Positions 54,407-54,731 of a DNA stretch of 54,731 nt are shown here, in pieces. The DNA is taken from the NCBI GenBank assembly GCA_002791275.1, contig PFWT01000025.1, forward strand, positions 1 through 54,731. The letters are read 5' to 3'. Below the pieces are notes generated by a model. The model had not been told where the DNA came from, searched no databases, and saw only the letters and a list, made by a program, of their open reading frames with translations. Made by a program: the position numbers and the translations under genes. Source of the DNA: Candidatus Uhrbacteria bacterium CG_4_9_14_3_um_filter_41_35 (GTDB lineage: Bacteria > Patescibacteriota > Patescibacteriia > UBA9934). Every line of letters begins with the position of its first letter. Position 1 is the stretch's first letter.

Positions 54407-54640
54407 TGTAATTGTATTATTTCGACCCGCACTCATTCCGTCATCCTGAAGCGGGCGTCGAATTTGGCTGAAGGATCTCCTTCGCTTTCGTGCTGAATCG
54501 AGACTTGTTTACGATGTAATTCAACACTGAGATTCTTCGGTGTGGTCCACGCTCACCTCAGAATGACAGGGTTTGTGATTTACTTCAAAATAATTCACGT
54601 CAGTCTTAAAATTACGGTTTGGTTTATTTGGTGTAATTGT
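54407..54640 (+). repeat. composite intergenic repeat, copy C (one 225-bp unit bounded by TGTAATTGT direct repeats)
   Basis: TGTAATTGT occurs at 54407-54415 and 54632-54640. The internal palindrome GAAGGATCTCCTTC and 47-bp subunits starting at 54530 and 54577 are present. It matches copies A and B as described. Confidence 0.85.
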
Positions 54641-54731
54641 GAGCTAATCGACATTTAAAGTTGGTTTTTGCCCCTGTCGTGTAGCCAAATACCAAGCAGC
54701 GAGGATGAGCTTTTTTTGAAGTGAGAATCCT

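Noticed and set aside
54660-54731. A possible tRNA-like or SRP-RNA-like sequence at the window end (GCCCCTGTCGTGTAGCC…AAGCAGC).
   Set aside because: I could not fold a cloverleaf because the D stem does not pair. The SRP helix-8 motif (GGAA tetraloop context) is absent. The sequence is also truncated by the window edge.

Overview
This is a 54.7-kb, AT-rich, gene-dense bacterial chromosome segment with most genes on the minus strand. Single 60-nt lines counted by hand range from about 25-30% G+C (intergenic DNA, histidine kinase genes) to about 50% (typA, tdk). The gene content suggests a reduced-genome bacterium of the CPR/Patescibacteria type, which is inference only. It includes class I aldolase, TIM, GlyRS, TypA, RRF, HolB, MreB, FtsEX, MurD/MurE, several GT2/GT4 glycosyltransferases, a DUF4012-like protein, two histidine kinases with no response regulator, many lineage-specific ORFs, and ATGA-type gene overlaps. 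The standard code applies and TGA is a stop. I hand-folded five tRNAs: Thr-GGT, Tyr-GTA, Thr-TGT, Trp-CCA and Thr-CGT, all with encoded CCA. I also found rpmG (51 aa), which is below the ORF-track cutoff. I recognised no rRNA, CRISPR array, integrase or transposase. The most unusual content is as follows. (1) A self-contained plus-strand cassette (40.6-41.6 kb) sits between glycosyltransferase genes of a minus-strand GT/FtsEX gene run. It carries a ~430-bp segment of roughly two-thirds G+C whose ORF changes frame at a perfect 10-bp G/C palindrome, and it is preceded by a structured, terminator-containing leader. (2) A composite non-coding repeat family occurs at three loci (about 18.0, 33.5-34.1 and 54.4-54.6 kb). 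Its ~225-bp unit contains 47-bp subrepeats and includes a 48/48 exact inverted match 36 kb apart. (3) Two further plus-strand cassettes with only small ORFs (33.1-33.5 kb and 53.8-54.4 kb) each have a near-consensus promoter, a GGAGG SD and a strong terminator, and each is followed directly by that repeat. (4) An RNase HII homolog has 3 of its 4 catalytic carboxylates replaced. (5) A histidine kinase has its predicted TM helix cut by the annotated start, and it lies in frame with the upstream 91-aa ORF across a single TAA. All functional calls rest on motif recognition by eye, because no database search was possible.
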